DNA from: Segatella copri
GTDB taxonomy: Bacteria > Bacteroidota > Bacteroidia > Bacteroidales > Bacteroidaceae
Direction: 5' to 3'
Assembly (NCBI GenBank): GCA_021615735.1
Contig: JAJWFY010000009.1
Location: forward strand, 21,527-85,526
Length of the DNA: 64,000 nt
The notes under the pieces were generated by a model that worked only from the letters and a program-made list of their open reading frames with translations, made no database searches and had not been told where the DNA came from. Made by a program: the position numbers and the translations under genes. Positions 24,481-34,299 of this stretch are shown piece by piece; the stretch's first letter is position 1, and every line of letters starts with the position of its first letter.

Positions 24481-25962
24481 TTACTTCAGTGTGATGATGA
24501 TCTTCTCGATGTAGAGAGCACCTTTCGTGTTGTTGCTGAGAGTAAAGTGCTTGACGTTCTGAGCGCTCAAGTCGAATGTCTCAGTGTAGGTTTTGTAATC
24601 ACCTGAAACCTCGTTGGTAGAATTGCCTTTGATAGCTGTATCCTTACCATTTGCTGCCTTTGCTGCATAGAAGGTATAGCTTGGGGCATAAGTAGAAGTT
24701 GCTTTTGTTGAGAATAGGATTGTTACGGTCTTGATCTCCTTGGCAAAGGCTGTAGCATTAAACAGGAAGCCCTGTTTGGTAGCATCAGCTGCATCACCTT
24801 GCATTTGGATACCCTTTCCATTTTTGCCTTCCGAAATGCATATTTTAGCACCTTTAAAGGTGATGTCGCCAATCTTCCAAGCGTACCAGGTTGCTTCGTC
24901 TGTAACATTCTGACTATTATAAAACTTTTCTGCAAGTTCCACAGCACCGCTCTTACCACTCAAGATAGTTGCATCTGTCATTTCAATGTTGCCGCTGGCT
25001 GGTGTATCAGGAGTCTCTGGATCTGGCTTAACCTCACCACCGCCAGTCTTACCATTAATAGAGATGAGGGTGGTGTTCTTAGTTTCAGGAGTGGTTCCCA
25101 GGTAATTAGTGAGGTTGGCACTAACCACAATTTCGTCGCCTACATTCAACTGGGTATCACCTTCTTTCCACTTTTCACCACCAAAGTAGCGAACGCTGTA
25201 TACAAGGAAAGTTGTGCTGTTTGCATCATCTGCAATGTTTACTGTAGCTGTACCATGTTCTGCGTCGAATGGGTACTTGATGCTTTGTATCTTACCCTTG
25301 ATATAATATACCTTGTCTGTAACCTTGTCAGCCTCTAATGCCTTGGCCTTGTTGTATGCAGCTACACTGTTGAATGGATTAGCTTCAGAACCATCGCCCT
25401 TAGCTTCTCCCTTGATTTCAGTATCTGTGCCTGGGGTAGTATCTCCTGGTTTCTTACCAATCTCCTTGCCGTCAATCTTAGCGTATACAGGCGACTTCAA
25501 GCCGGTAGCTCCGAAATAGCTTTCAATATTACCGCAGATGAGCAATTCTTTCTTCAGATTACCTGAGTTATCCTTCAGGTTGAGAGCTGTGCGGAGATCG
25601 CCAGCTGGCAACTGGATAGGCATACAGTTGTTAACCTCTTTCTCATCTGCCTTGGCAGCGAGGAGAAGGTTTGTAGGAGCTGTAGCAGCACTTGATGCAT
25701 CACCGAAGATAGCCTCGTTGAGCGCCTTGTCTGGTACATAACCTACGATGTAACCCTTAATATATTTGCTGGTGCCTGTCTTTACTGTCTTAGCGTCAGT
25801 CACAGTATAAGGACTGGCTTCTGTACCCTGTGTTGCCACTTCAGGAGTGGTTGGAGCACCAGGCTGAGTAGGCAGTGTGTAAGGCTCTGGTACGTCCTCA
25901 CAGCTAATGAATGTGAAGGCTGCCATAGCTGCCATCAAAACTGAAAATATATACTTTTTCAT
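24481..25962 (-). CDS. Surface lipoprotein with DUF6359-like and OB-fold-like modules (last gene of the barrel operon)
   Basis: The lipobox is FTFISC. The first module is ASPYTVTDA..YIKGYIVGYV..LLLAAKADEKEVNNCMPIQLPAGDLRTALNLKDN..ELLICGNIESYFGATGLK. The second is VYYIKGKIQSIKYPFDAEHGTATVNIADD..LVYSVRYFGG..VGDEIVVSANLTNYLGTTPE. The family call is from memory of nuclease-associated domains. Confidence 0.7.
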   Translation of the reverse strand: MKKYIFSVLMAAMAAFTFISCEDVPEPYTLPTQPGAPTTPEVATQGTEASPYTVTDAKTVKTGTSKYIKGYIVGYVPDKALNEAIFGDASSAATAPTNLLLAAKADEKEVNNCMPIQLPAGDLRTALNLKDNSGNLKKELLICGNIESYFGATGLKSPVYAKIDGKEIGKKPGDTTPGTDTEIKGEAKGDGSEANPFNSVAAYNKAKALEADKVTDKVYYIKGKIQSIKYPFDAEHGTATVNIADDANSTTFLVYSVRYFGGEKWKEGDTQLNVGDEIVVSANLTNYLGTTPETKNTTLISINGKTGGGEVKPDPETPDTPASGNIEMTDATILSGKSGAVELAEKFYNSQNVTDEATWYAWKIGDITFKGAKICISEGKNGKGIQMQGDAADATKQGFLFNATAFAKEIKTVTILFSTKATSTYAPSYTFYAAKAANGKDTAIKGNSTNEVSGDYKTYTETFDLSAQNVKHFTLSNNTKGALYIEKIIITLK

Positions 25963-26013
25963 ATTATTGTCTTTTTTAGATTATTACTATTTATATCTAT
26001 AGAAGTGAACCGG

Positions 26014-27348
26014 TTATTTTACTGCAAAATTCTTAACCTCCCAGGTTGGAGCACTCGTTGGAGTACTGCTGTAGAGGAAACCGATGTAGATGGTCTTGCC
26101 ACAATATTTCGTCAAATCTGCAGTAGATGGAACAAAGTCCCAGTTGTCTCCTGTTGGATAACCCTGTACGTCCAAGTCGGTCCATGTCTTTCCGTCTGTA
26201 GAAATCTGAACCTTACATTCCTGCTTTATATCTGAGGCAAAATTGATAGCCTGCTCGAACATGAGTTTAGCGCTCTTGGCTGATTTCAGGTCGATGGCAG
26301 GCGATTTGAGACGTGACTGGAGGTCATATTTAGTACTGTTCACATAGCCTGAAGCCTTCATTCCGTAAGCTGCTGATGCCCATTTCCAGACAAATTCTAC
26401 ACCATCAGCCAGTTTGATATTGTCGATGGTGAAATTGCCCTGGCTGGCATCAAACGGCTCGCTGAGGTAGGCTAGAACTACTGATTTCAGATCATCCGTG
26501 CTGCGAAGCACAATCTGCCAGGTATCGCCGAATCGGGTGAAGATACCGGTGATATCGAATACGCCCTGTGGAACCACCTCGTTGGCAAACTTAGAATAAC
26601 CCGAGTTGCGCACTACCAGATTGCTGCTGTTGATCTTCTTGCCGCTTTCGGCATCAATCAGTTCCAGACTCGTATTGGTATCATCTGGTGCCCATACGTT
26701 TGTACCGTTAGCTGAAGCAAACTTCACCTTCTTCAGGGTCATCAGCTTGCCCACGTTAGCATCCATATAGGCTGCATCAGTAAGCTTTGTCAGGTCAAAC
26801 TCCTCTGGCACTACCGTGCTTGCATCAGCCTCGCCAGGGTTCAGAATCTTGAAGTGCTCGTTCCAGATGGCACGCTCTATCTTGCCCATACCCAGACTTC
26901 CATCTGAGAGCTTGGTATTCACACCGCCAATCTGAGGCAACTTCTTGTAACTTCCGATATAGAGACCCTTCAGGTTTACGAGAATCTCCTGACCAACAGG
27001 AAGATAACCCGACAGGCCACTTCCGTTGATGGCAATGATGATAGCGCCGGATGCATCCTGTACGCTCACCTGGTTGTAGATATTGCCACTGACATCATTG
27101 CCCGTCACTACCGCCTTGATCATCATGTCTTTCTCAATCTGCTTGTAGCCATTGTCGCTGTTGATAACCGTAGCAAACTGGGTCTTCAAATCTGCTATGC
27201 TGATCACATTCTTCTCCCTCAGGCTGTTGTTGCCCCATGGAGATGCAGGCACCTTCTCGGTCAGGTCTGGGTCAGCATAACCGTCGCCCATACACGACCC
27301 CAGGGTTAGTGCCAGGAATGCCAATGCTATGAATTTTATCTTTTTCAT
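26014..27348 (-). CDS. Surface lipoprotein, DUF5689-like (OB-like) N-terminal half and choice-of-anchor-J-like C-terminal half
   Basis: The lipobox is LTLGSC. The N-terminal half has IKAVVTGNDVSGNIYNQVSVQDASGAIIIAINGSGLSGYLPVGQEILVNLKGLYIGSYKKLPQIGG. The C-terminal beta-sandwich ends PTWEVKNFAVK. Confidence 0.7.
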   Translation of the reverse strand: MKKIKFIALAFLALTLGSCMGDGYADPDLTEKVPASPWGNNSLREKNVISIADLKTQFATVINSDNGYKQIEKDMMIKAVVTGNDVSGNIYNQVSVQDASGAIIIAINGSGLSGYLPVGQEILVNLKGLYIGSYKKLPQIGGVNTKLSDGSLGMGKIERAIWNEHFKILNPGEADASTVVPEEFDLTKLTDAAYMDANVGKLMTLKKVKFASANGTNVWAPDDTNTSLELIDAESGKKINSSNLVVRNSGYSKFANEVVPQGVFDITGIFTRFGDTWQIVLRSTDDLKSVVLAYLSEPFDASQGNFTIDNIKLADGVEFVWKWASAAYGMKASGYVNSTKYDLQSRLKSPAIDLKSAKSAKLMFEQAINFASDIKQECKVQISTDGKTWTDLDVQGYPTGDNWDFVPSTADLTKYCGKTIYIGFLYSSTPTSAPTWEVKNFAVK

Positions 27349-27419
27349 TGTTCTTTCTTTTTATTGTTATAGAGAAACGGGATTGCTCCCTGTTCTTTAT
27401 GTTAAAGAGAAACTGCTCT

Positions 27420-30020
27420 TTAGAATCTGTAAGATACCTGGAACATGCCGTTGGTACCCCAGGTGTAATACTTCTTAGGATTCTTAGAGAACTGGTAGAG
27501 GCGTGGATTCTTCACGTTGTCGTTAGCATCCAGTGTATAGCTTGAACGTGAGTTCTGCTCATATCCGCCTGTTACGATGGTCTGGTTGTTCAGCAGGTTG
27601 GTAATCATGAGGTTGAAGTTGAGAGAACCCTTCTTCAGTCTCACGCTCTTGCCTATGCTCAGGTCAACCATCCATCCTCCGTGACCTTTCTCCTGGGCTA
27701 CAGCATCCTCAGTCCAGCTCATACCGTCGAGTGTAGTAGGAGCAAAGATTTCAGGGAATGCCTTGTAGGCATCCTGGCGGTTTTTCAGCACCTTCTCATA
27801 TCTGTAGCTTGGAGAATAAGAGAGGTAGATGCGGTCGTAGTAGTTGGCTTTGAGGTTGACGAACCATCCGTTTACGTGGGCATCGAGACCGATGCTTCCC
27901 ACTGTGAGCGGTGTGCCACTCTCACGCATATCCATCACGTAAGCCTTGTCACGGTAAACCTCAGCACTCTTTGAGAGCATGTATACGGCGTTTACATTGT
28001 TGATGTTCTTCGCCTCGCTCATAGCGCCCAGGGTCTTCAGGTCGAGCCATGATGTGAGCTTGAACTTAGCGCCCACCTCTACACCATAGTATTCCTTTTT
28101 CAGTCCGGTCATGCTCACGTAGGTGAATGAGTTCTCATCATCGTTGTAGAAGTTCTGCCATTCGGTAACGTTCTCCAACCGGCTGTAGTAACCGCTCACG
28201 TTGGCGCTCAGCCATGCGTTGCGGTACATGTAGCTGAATTCAGAGCTGAAGATGCGCTCGTTCTTGAGGTTTGTCACGAAGTCGTTGCTGATTTCTGGTG
28301 CGATGAAGGCTGTGTTTGCCATCGGTGCACGCAGTTCGTAACCGGCTCCTATGCTGAAGGCATGGCCTCTGCCCATATCCACGTTCAGGCTTCCCTTTAC
28401 GCCACCGTCCAGGAAGTTGGCTGTGCCGCTCTTGCCCTGGCTGTTGTTAGGTGCCATACCGTTGCGCATATAGCCTCGGCGGTTCATGCCGGTATATCCG
28501 ATACGTCCGCTCAGCATCGCCTTCATGTTGTAGAATTCGGCTGTATAGGTGCTCCATGCGTTTGCCTTGTTCACGTCGATGCGATAGTCGTAACCGAACT
28601 TGTCGCCCTCGTAAACCAGCTTGCCTGTGTTGTTTGGACCGGCTGTGTTCAGGTCGTACTGCACACGTGGGTCGGTCTTAGGATAATCGCCCAGGGCATA
28701 GGTGTTGATGTTGTGGAAGATGGCACCGCCCAGCATGTCTTCCAGAGTCTGATAGTGCTGGTTGGTACTCTTTCCGAGCATGATACCCGTAGCCAGGTTC
28801 GATTTCTTGGTCAGCTTGGTGTTCAGAACGGATGAGAGACTCAGGGTCAGGTTGTCGTTGTGCTTAGCCTGAACATAGTAGAGCAGATCCTGTCCGTTCT
28901 TGGCTGCCTGCTGGTTGGCATAGTACAGACGGTCCCAGTTAATCTGTCGGTTCAGCTTGCTTGCCTGCCAGTAGTTTACGGCGTTGTTCCAGTTTTCCCA
29001 GGTATACATGTTGTTGCCGTTCTTGTAGTCGCCCCATACATAGTAGTTGGCAGATGGCATGTTCTTCCAGTAGTCTGGCTGCGGATTCTCTGCGTTGTTG
29101 TAGTTGAGTTTGGTGCTCTTGTACATAGAGTATTTTCCGAACACCGATGTGGTGAGCTTCATCTGGTCGTTGATATCCCAGTCCCATGTAGCGATAGCCG
29201 AAGGTGCAAAGTCGTTCACTACGCGTGAGTTTCTCTTGTGTCCGTTCTGGTATCCCCAGTATGGGTTATACTGGTAGTCGTTCGCCAGCCAGTAAGCCTC
29301 GTCGGTAGATGCGCCCTGGGTGCTTCTTTCTGTCGGGTTACCCCATGTAGAGAAGCTCAGCGAGTGGCCATTCATCCACTTCTTCTGCACGCCGAAGAAA
29401 TAGGAGAGGGCGTTGTAGATGGTTCCCTCTACGTATCCCTGGTTAGCCCAGCGGTAGGTGAGACCGGCTGTTATCGCCCATCCCTTCTCGTTGAATCCGC
29501 TGGAGTAGGAGTAGAGTCCGCGCAGGGTATAGTTGCGGTTGGCAACACCTACGCTTGCATACTGTCCTTCCTGCATGCTTCCGGCACGGAAATCATAGTT
29601 GTTGGAGCCTGCCATGCCCGTCATCGAATAGCCATTGGCTTCGAAAGGCAGGGCGAAGTCTACGTTCCTGGAGAATCGGTTCAATCCACCGATGTTGGAG
29701 AAACGGAACTGTCCGGTCTCCATATCGTTCATGGAAGCACCATTGATATAGACATCGTTGTACTTCTGGTTGAAGGCACGGTAGCGGAAACGTGCTGGCG
29801 AGAACAGGTAACCTGCCTGGCTCGCGTATACGTTGCTGGTAGAATTGAGGATGGTGACATTGGATGACATGTCATCGTCCTCGCCCAACTGTGCCTCGGA
29901 GAAGGTGAAAGCATTCTCGTCAAGTCCCTGTGCTACGTTCTGGTCAGTCTTTTCGTTCTGAGCCATAGCTAATGAACACGAGAAGAGCGCTAACATTGCT
30001 AAGTTTACTTTCTTCTGCAT
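27420..30020 (-). CDS. TonB-dependent-receptor-like outer-membrane beta-barrel (not SusC-type, no adjacent SusD)
   Basis: 866 aa with a signal peptide. The plug-like segment is FRYRAFNQKYNDVYINGASMNDMETGQFRFSNIGGLN. The barrel is aromatic-rich and ends in the C-terminal motif QVSYRF. Confidence 0.75.
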   Translation of the reverse strand: MQKKVNLAMLALFSCSLAMAQNEKTDQNVAQGLDENAFTFSEAQLGEDDDMSSNVTILNSTSNVYASQAGYLFSPARFRYRAFNQKYNDVYINGASMNDMETGQFRFSNIGGLNRFSRNVDFALPFEANGYSMTGMAGSNNYDFRAGSMQEGQYASVGVANRNYTLRGLYSYSSGFNEKGWAITAGLTYRWANQGYVEGTIYNALSYFFGVQKKWMNGHSLSFSTWGNPTERSTQGASTDEAYWLANDYQYNPYWGYQNGHKRNSRVVNDFAPSAIATWDWDINDQMKLTTSVFGKYSMYKSTKLNYNNAENPQPDYWKNMPSANYYVWGDYKNGNNMYTWENWNNAVNYWQASKLNRQINWDRLYYANQQAAKNGQDLLYYVQAKHNDNLTLSLSSVLNTKLTKKSNLATGIMLGKSTNQHYQTLEDMLGGAIFHNINTYALGDYPKTDPRVQYDLNTAGPNNTGKLVYEGDKFGYDYRIDVNKANAWSTYTAEFYNMKAMLSGRIGYTGMNRRGYMRNGMAPNNSQGKSGTANFLDGGVKGSLNVDMGRGHAFSIGAGYELRAPMANTAFIAPEISNDFVTNLKNERIFSSEFSYMYRNAWLSANVSGYYSRLENVTEWQNFYNDDENSFTYVSMTGLKKEYYGVEVGAKFKLTSWLDLKTLGAMSEAKNINNVNAVYMLSKSAEVYRDKAYVMDMRESGTPLTVGSIGLDAHVNGWFVNLKANYYDRIYLSYSPSYRYEKVLKNRQDAYKAFPEIFAPTTLDGMSWTEDAVAQEKGHGGWMVDLSIGKSVRLKKGSLNFNLMITNLLNNQTIVTGGYEQNSRSSYTLDANDNVKNPRLYQFSKNPKKYYTWGTNGMFQVSYRF

Positions 30021-30186
30021 AGTTTATATGTTTTAAATATTAATAGATCGGCAACAGTGATTTCTTTGAGCAGTGATGATATATTTATAGTCCCGTTGGA
30101 TTTTGTTTAGGTAAACTGTAAGGGGGACTTATCATGGTTTCTGGTCTTGTGTCTTCTGTCCCGATCAAAAATAATTATTAGTGCTG

Positions 30187-30194
30187 CAAAGTAA
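30187..30194 (-). promoter_or_regulatory. Near-consensus -7 box for the barrel/lipoprotein operon
   Basis: TTACTTTGCAGC on the minus strand, one nucleotide off TAnnTTTG, 167 nt before the ATG at 30020. Confidence 0.45.
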
Positions 30195-30289
30195 CAAAAT
30201 TATTTTTAAAAAGAGAAGTTATTTATGTTAAAAATGCATGAAAACTGAAAAAATATTCGTTTTTATGGAGATATTTCCGGTTTTTTAGG

Positions 30290-30297
30290 TATCTTTG
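30290..30297 (+). promoter_or_regulatory. -7 box for the EEP nuclease/UDG/udk operon
   Basis: TATCTTTGCT, 68 nt before the ATG at 30365. It is divergent from the barrel-operon promoter. Confidence 0.6.
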
Positions 30298-30364
30298 CTG
30301 CGTATTTCCTTATGAATTTAAGAAATACATATATAATAAGGTATACATTAATAATTAATATTGT

Positions 30365-31435
30365 ATGAGAAAACAATTGCTCTTGCTGGCTGCCCTCCTC
30401 ATGATAGGGCTGGGCGCTACAGCACAGAAAAAGAAGTCGCAGACTTCAGGCAACAGGCAGTTTCAAGTGTATGCTGTAGGTTTCTACAATCAGGAGAACC
30501 TCTTCGATACCTGTCATGATGCCGGTAAGAATGATTATGAGTATCTCCCTGCTAAGGGATGGAATGGTATGAAATATACCAATAAACTCAAGAATATGTC
30601 GCGTGCACTTGCCGACATGGGTACCGATGTGCTGCCTAACGTGGGCTGTGCCTTCATCGGTCTGTCTGAGGTTGAAAATGCCAACGTGCTGAAGGATCTC
30701 ACCGCACAGCCGCCTCTCAAGGCAAGAAACATGCAGTTCTGCCATATCGAGGGTCCCGATAAGCGAGGCATCGATTGTGCGCTGCTCTATAATCCGGCAC
30801 TCTTCACGGTGAAGAACACCCGATTGGTGCCTTACGTACAGGAACTCGCCAAGGATTCAGCCTACAAGACCCGTGGTTTCCTCACTGTTCGCGGTGAACT
30901 GGCGGGCGAGGATGTGGCGGTTATCGTATGCCACTGGCCAAGCCGTTTCTCCGTTTCGTTCTATCGCGAGAGCGGAGCACGCCAGACTAAGGCTGTAAAA
31001 GACAGTTTGCTGAAATTGAACCCGACGATGAAGGTGTTCGTGATGGGTGATATGAACGATGATCCTACCAATGCCAGTATGCACAAGGTGCTGAAGGCGA
31101 AGGCTGAAATCAGCGAGGTGGGTGCCGATGATATGTACAACCCATGGTATAACATCCTGGCCAAGGAGGGCAAGGGAACCCTGTTCTACAGCGGTTCGTG
31201 GAATCTCTTCGACCAGATAGTCATCACGCCTAATCTCCTGAACAAGGATAGTAAGCATAAGGACTACAGTTCTCTGAAGTTCTGGAAGAACCACATCTTC
31301 CGCCGCGATTACCTCATCCAGCAGGAAGGTCAGTACAAGGGTGCTCCTTTGCGTACCAAGGCAGGCGGCAGATGGCTTAACGGCTACAGCGATCACCTGC
31401 CGGTAGTGATGTACCTGGTGAAGGAAAAGAAGTAG
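30365..31435 (+). CDS. Secreted endonuclease/exonuclease/phosphatase (EEP) family nuclease
   Basis: The signal peptide is LLLAALLMIGLGATAQ. EEP motifs are present: VGFYNQENLFD, GLSEVEN, MGDMNDDP and GYSDHLPV. Confidence 0.85.
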   Translation: MRKQLLLLAALLMIGLGATAQKKKSQTSGNRQFQVYAVGFYNQENLFDTCHDAGKNDYEYLPAKGWNGMKYTNKLKNMSRALADMGTDVLPNVGCAFIGLSEVENANVLKDLTAQPPLKARNMQFCHIEGPDKRGIDCALLYNPALFTVKNTRLVPYVQELAKDSAYKTRGFLTVRGELAGEDVAVIVCHWPSRFSVSFYRESGARQTKAVKDSLLKLNPTMKVFVMGDMNDDPTNASMHKVLKAKAEISEVGADDMYNPWYNILAKEGKGTLFYSGSWNLFDQIVITPNLLNKDSKHKDYSSLKFWKNHIFRRDYLIQQEGQYKGAPLRTKAGGRWLNGYSDHLPVVMYLVKEKK

Positions 31436-31437
31436 AA

Positions 31438-32007
31438 ATGGTTGAAAATCATCCTTTTGAGCCGTGGCTGCCCGAGAATGCGCGGCTGCTGATGCTCGGC
31501 ACGTTTCCGCCTGCAGAGAAGCGGTGGTGCATGCCCTGGTATTATCCCAACTTCCAGAATGATATGTGGAGGATATTCGGGATTATCTACTTCCAGGATA
31601 AGTTCCATTTCGTGGATGTAGAGAAGAAGACCTACCGCCTCGATGCTATTAAGAAATTTCTCGGGGAGAAGGGCGTCGCCATTTATGATACCGCACAGCA
31701 GGTGATACGCACCAAGAATACGGCATCCGATAAGGATCTGCAGATCGTGCAGCCCGCCAATCTCGACGGCATGCTCCGCCAGCTGCCCCATTGCAGGGCG
31801 GTGCTCACAGCCGGCCAGCTTGCCACGAAGGTATTTTCAGAACACTTCGGCATCAAGGAAAAGCCTGAGATGGGAGGTTATGCAGAATTCCAGTTCGAGG
31901 GCCGCAGACTCCGTCTGTACCGCATGCCCTCCAGTTCCCGTGCCTATCCTATGGCAGTGGAGAAGAAGGCTGAATTCTACCGCAAGATGTTTGATGAAAT
32001 CTTATAG
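31438..32007 (+). CDS. Uracil-DNA glycosylase superfamily protein (family-6 / deoxyinosine glycosylase-like)
   Basis: LLMLGTFPPAEKRWCMPWYYPNFQNDMWRIFG resembles the ILGSxP...YY....N.FW signature. The gene starts 3 nt after the EEP stop codon. Confidence 0.65.
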   Translation: MVENHPFEPWLPENARLLMLGTFPPAEKRWCMPWYYPNFQNDMWRIFGIIYFQDKFHFVDVEKKTYRLDAIKKFLGEKGVAIYDTAQQVIRTKNTASDKDLQIVQPANLDGMLRQLPHCRAVLTAGQLATKVFSEHFGIKEKPEMGGYAEFQFEGRRLRLYRMPSSSRAYPMAVEKKAEFYRKMFDEIL

Positions 32008-32021
32008 AAAGAAGAAAGAAT

Positions 32022-32645
32022 ATGAAAGATAAAGTGACCGTTATTGGCATTGCGGGAGGTACAGGCTCCGGCAAGACTACTGTGGTGAAGAAACTCGTAG
32101 AAGTGCTGCCGCCTCATTATGTGGCTGTGGTGCCCCTCGATTCATATTATAACGATACCTCGCAGATGACCGAGGAAGAACGTCATCAGATCAACTTCGA
32201 CCACCCGTCGGCATTCGATTGGAAGCTTTTGCACCAGCAGCTCGCTGATCTGCGTGCTGGCAAGGCGATAGAGCAACCCACCTATAGTTATATCAAATGC
32301 AACCGTGAACCGGAAACGGTTCACGTTGACCCCAAACCGGTTGTGATTATCGAAGGTATCATGACGCTGGTGGACAAGAAGTTGAGAGACCTGATGGACC
32401 TGAAGGTGTTCGTGGATACCGATGCTGATGAGCGCCTGATACGCAACATTCAGCGTGATACCATCGACAGGGGTCGCACCGTATCGATGGTGGTAGACCG
32501 ATACCTCAAGGTCCTGAAGCCGATGCACGAGCAGTTTATCGAACCCACCAAGCGCTATGCTGACATCATCATTCCGCAGGGTGGCGAAAACCTCAAGGGC
32601 ATCGGTATCCTCTGCAAGTATGTAGAGGGACTGATAGAGAAATAA
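32022..32645 (+). CDS. udk: Uridine kinase
   Basis: VIGIAGGTGSGKTT is the P-loop. NFDHPSAFDW, EQPTYSY, IIEGI and DTDADERLIRNIQRDTIDRGR follow. Confidence 0.93.
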   Translation: MKDKVTVIGIAGGTGSGKTTVVKKLVEVLPPHYVAVVPLDSYYNDTSQMTEEERHQINFDHPSAFDWKLLHQQLADLRAGKAIEQPTYSYIKCNREPETVHVDPKPVVIIEGIMTLVDKKLRDLMDLKVFVDTDADERLIRNIQRDTIDRGRTVSMVVDRYLKVLKPMHEQFIEPTKRYADIIIPQGGENLKGIGILCKYVEGLIEK

Positions 32646-32706
32646 AAATATTTTTGCTCAAGCATTGCATTTCTATTGCAAAATAAAGATTTTTAGGAAT
32701 AGAATA

Positions 32707-32738
32707 GGGCGGGCTTCTTCGCAAGAAGAGGTCCGTCC
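32707..32738. terminator. GC-rich hairpin between convergent udk and the 429-aa gene
   Basis: gggcgggcttctt-cgca-agaagaggtccgtcc gives about a 13-bp stem including G-U pairs. Confidence 0.5.
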
Positions 32739-32831
32739 GAGTGTTTTATGGGGCCGTTGTTTCTTAGCACTAAAAAACGTGCACACCATAAAGAATGGCA
32801 TGCACGTTCCGATTACATATCTAATAAAAAA

Positions 32832-34121
32832 TTATTCCTCTTCCTCCTTCTCAAAGGCCTCTACGAAAGGCTGGTGGAAACCCTGGAAGATGCGGAGATA
32901 CTCGGCTCGCACCTCATCACTCTCCTCAAAAAGATTCAACTCGCCACGCTTGTGAGCCTTCAGCATACTGCTGTAACGGCGAATCTTACGCTTGTAGTTC
33001 CTTGCCATCAACGCATCTGCCTGAACCGGATTCTGACTGACATACGAAAAGGCACAAAGTTGCTTCATGAAAATGTCGAACACTGGATTGTCATGACTCC
33101 AGTCGTCCTCACTCAGCCAGAACCACTGGAAATGATACTTCTGCTCCAACGCCATCAGATGCTGTCCCAGCTCGTCGATCTCCATGCCCTTCTGCATCTG
33201 CTCCTCAGCAAAAGCAACCAGAGATGCCGCATCTACATTCAACTCAACCTCGTGAGACAGCGTGGTGCCCTCTACCTGAATGCGCCAACGGTGATTCCTG
33301 TTCTTGATGAGCGCAGAATTCGTGTTCATCAGCAACTCAGAAAGCTTGCCCTCGGTAGGAATCTGATCTACTACCGAAAGACGGTCGCGCTGGTTGCGAA
33401 CCACCAGCTGATGATCCTCATGGCGCAATACACACATGTAAACCAGTCGGTTGCTGTCGAGCTGCAGAGTGAAACGGTCGTTGTTGTCATCGCCCACAAA
33501 TTCGTAGGTGTAGTCATCCACCTTATCCTGCGGAATGCTCAGCTCGCCATGCACCTTGTTGCCCTCGGCATCGTAGAGCGAGAAACCGATATAAGGAATC
33601 TGAAGGCGGAGGACAACCGGATTGCCCCCATCCTCTGGAATCAGAGTAACAGCCAGTCCGTCATCGCCGAAATCATCCTTGCGGCATACGAATCCGTCAT
33701 CCGTCTTCTCAGCCTTCTCCACCTTCACCTCGCCGTGGCGCCACCAGAAATCGAAGGTGATGGTCTGGTCATCCTCAGCGGCTACACGGATGAAATCCTC
33801 GATGTCCTGACCCAGGTAAATCACCTTGGCAGGCTCAATCTCCTCATCGTCATCGCCCAGCGCTCGCACCCACATCTCGCCCGGAACAGGATCATCTTCC
33901 CATTCGGCATCAGCAGGGGCTGCAGTAGATTTGAAAACGAGGAAAACCATTCTTTCTTCTTCCCTCGTGCCATCTTCGCGGCACGTGAAGCACTTCGCCT
34001 CCTTAGGGATGAAGAATGGGGTTAACAGGTACGGGTTTTTGCATAATGCGGTATACTCTACCTCGGTCCATGCCGGGAGAGCGTGTGTATTTGTCTTGTC
34101 TGTCATATTCTCTTGTTGCAT
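32832..34121 (-). CDS. Hypothetical acidic cytoplasmic protein (429 aa), no recognisable domain
   Basis: It has its own -7 box at 34206-34213, no signal peptide, and a D/E-rich composition with a C-terminal EKEEEE tail. The long + ORF 32748..34025 on the opposite strand is L/R-rich and is judged a shadow. Confidence 0.65.
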   Translation of the reverse strand: MQQENMTDKTNTHALPAWTEVEYTALCKNPYLLTPFFIPKEAKCFTCREDGTREEERMVFLVFKSTAAPADAEWEDDPVPGEMWVRALGDDDEEIEPAKVIYLGQDIEDFIRVAAEDDQTITFDFWWRHGEVKVEKAEKTDDGFVCRKDDFGDDGLAVTLIPEDGGNPVVLRLQIPYIGFSLYDAEGNKVHGELSIPQDKVDDYTYEFVGDDNNDRFTLQLDSNRLVYMCVLRHEDHQLVVRNQRDRLSVVDQIPTEGKLSELLMNTNSALIKNRNHRWRIQVEGTTLSHEVELNVDAASLVAFAEEQMQKGMEIDELGQHLMALEQKYHFQWFWLSEDDWSHDNPVFDIFMKQLCAFSYVSQNPVQADALMARNYKRKIRRYSSMLKAHKRGELNLFEESDEVRAEYLRIFQGFHQPFVEAFEKEEEE

Positions 34122-34205
34122 ATAATTCTTGAGTTGGTCCTATTTCTTTTCATCATCCGGCGTGTGTGGCAGGACGAGGGGGATGTTGATCCCAAAAAAC
34201 GGTTG

Positions 34206-34213
34206 CAAAGGTA
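34206..34213 (-). promoter_or_regulatory. -7 box for the 429-aa hypothetical gene
   Basis: TACCTTTGCAAC on the minus strand, 85 nt before the ATG at 34121. Confidence 0.55.
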
Positions 34214-34299
34214 ATGCAAAATCGAGACACTACAAAATATATCACCTATTTTTTTAATTATTTTACGATTCAATATTTGGTGCTTCCAAAAAATAGTTG

